Assembly (NCBI GenBank): GCA_041675465.1
Contig: JBAYTU010000002.1
Span: 17,821-81,820, forward strand
Source of the DNA: Terrimicrobiaceae bacterium
GTDB taxonomy: Bacteria > Verrucomicrobiota > Verrucomicrobiia > Chthoniobacterales > Terrimicrobiaceae
Direction: 5' to 3'
DNA: 64,000 nt
Shown here: piece after piece, positions 63,689 to 64,000 of the stretch
Numbering within the stretch: position 1 is the first letter of the stretch
How the letters are laid out: every line of letters begins with the position of its first letter
Notes under the pieces: generated by a model
What the model was told of the DNA's origin: nothing
Databases searched by the model: none
Seen by the model: the letters and a program-made list of their open reading frames with translations, nothing else
Translations under genes and position numbers: made by a program

Positions 63689-64000
63689 GATGTCCGCACC
63701 TGCAACTTTGAACGGCTCGTGAAGCTCAGGCTCCAGTCGATGATGAAGACGGGGCGCCCGATATCGTTTTTGTAGATCCTCGCAAGATACAGCCCGTGCG
63801 TCGTCAGGAGGGTGATGCCATAAAGCAGATCCATGACCACAAGAATATTGAAGCAGCTGGATGACGCACCGAGCAGATCACAGGCCAGCAGCACAAAATT
63901 GGCGAGGGCCACCAGCGGAAGGGCATAAAGAGCGATCCGTATGGGAAACGTCGAGACGCTGAGGATCCCGGCCGCAGCGAAGAGGGTCATTCCCCACAGG
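63682..64000 (-). CDS. C-terminal part of a membrane-anchored GT2 (GtrB/ArnC-like polyprenyl-phosphate glycosyltransferase); 5' end lies outside the window
   Basis: The frame is open to the window edge (…LWGMTLFAAAGILSV…). Two TM helices are followed by GLYLARIYKNDIGRPVFIID, the usual tail of this GT2 subgroup. Confidence 0.55.
   Translation of the reverse strand, partial: LWGMTLFAAAGILSVSTFPIRIALYALPLVALANFVLLACDLLGASSSCFNILVVMDLLYGITLLTTHGLYLARIYKNDIGRPVFIIDWSLSFTSRSKLQVRTSC

Noticed and set aside
1-64000. CRISPR arrays, rRNA/tRNA genes and insertion sequences
   Set aside because: Reading the spacers (all 170 nt or shorter) showed no repeat-spacer periodicity, no cloverleaf-like or rRNA-like segments, and no transposase- or integrase-like ORFs.

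Overview
This 64-kb window (about 60% GC by hand counts) is one uninterrupted minus-strand gene array. I call about 68 CDS and find no convincing plus-strand gene, rRNA, tRNA, CRISPR array, transposase or integrase. It reads as a very large Wzx/Wzy-type surface-glycan (O-antigen/EPS/capsule-like) biosynthesis locus.

Main content:
- An initiating PglC-type phosphoglycosyltransferase, a PglF/CapD-type 4,6-dehydratase, a Wzx-like flippase and a Wzy-like polytopic protein.
- At least 17 glycosyltransferases (GT2, GT4, GT9, CgeB-like, DUF5672, two GT-C-like membrane proteins).
- Three separate nucleotide-sugar modules: CDP-glucose RfbF/RfbG plus epimerase and reductase; an NDP-hexose nucleotidyltransferase plus dehydratase and reductase; and a CMP-ulosonate-type module.
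- A heavy set of tailoring enzymes: 8 methyltransferases, a NodU/CmcH carbamoyltransferase with SxtJ/SxtK-like partners, an AsnB-type amidotransferase, a hexapeptide acyltransferase, two SGNH hydrolases, and a deacetylase with FemAB-like and DegT-like partners.

Non-glycan genes sit inside the array: two vapBC toxin-antitoxin pairs, a nucleotidyltransferase-fold pair next to a frameshifted AbrB-like gene, and an orphan AAA/DUF4143 ATPase.

The most unusual feature is a seven-gene block at 48.8-55.8 kb. It mimics the logic of the Kdo pathway with different enzyme families: an HpcH/HpaI pyruvate aldolase takes the place of KdsA/NeuB, alongside a KdsB-like cytidylyltransferase, a SIS isomerase, an IMPase-fold phosphatase, two dehydrogenases and a 643-aa candidate transferase.

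Many ORF-track N-termini were trimmed to internal starts that form 4-nt start/stop overlaps (ATGA/GTGA/TTGA) with the upstream gene. All functional calls come from motif recognition by eye; no database search was run.
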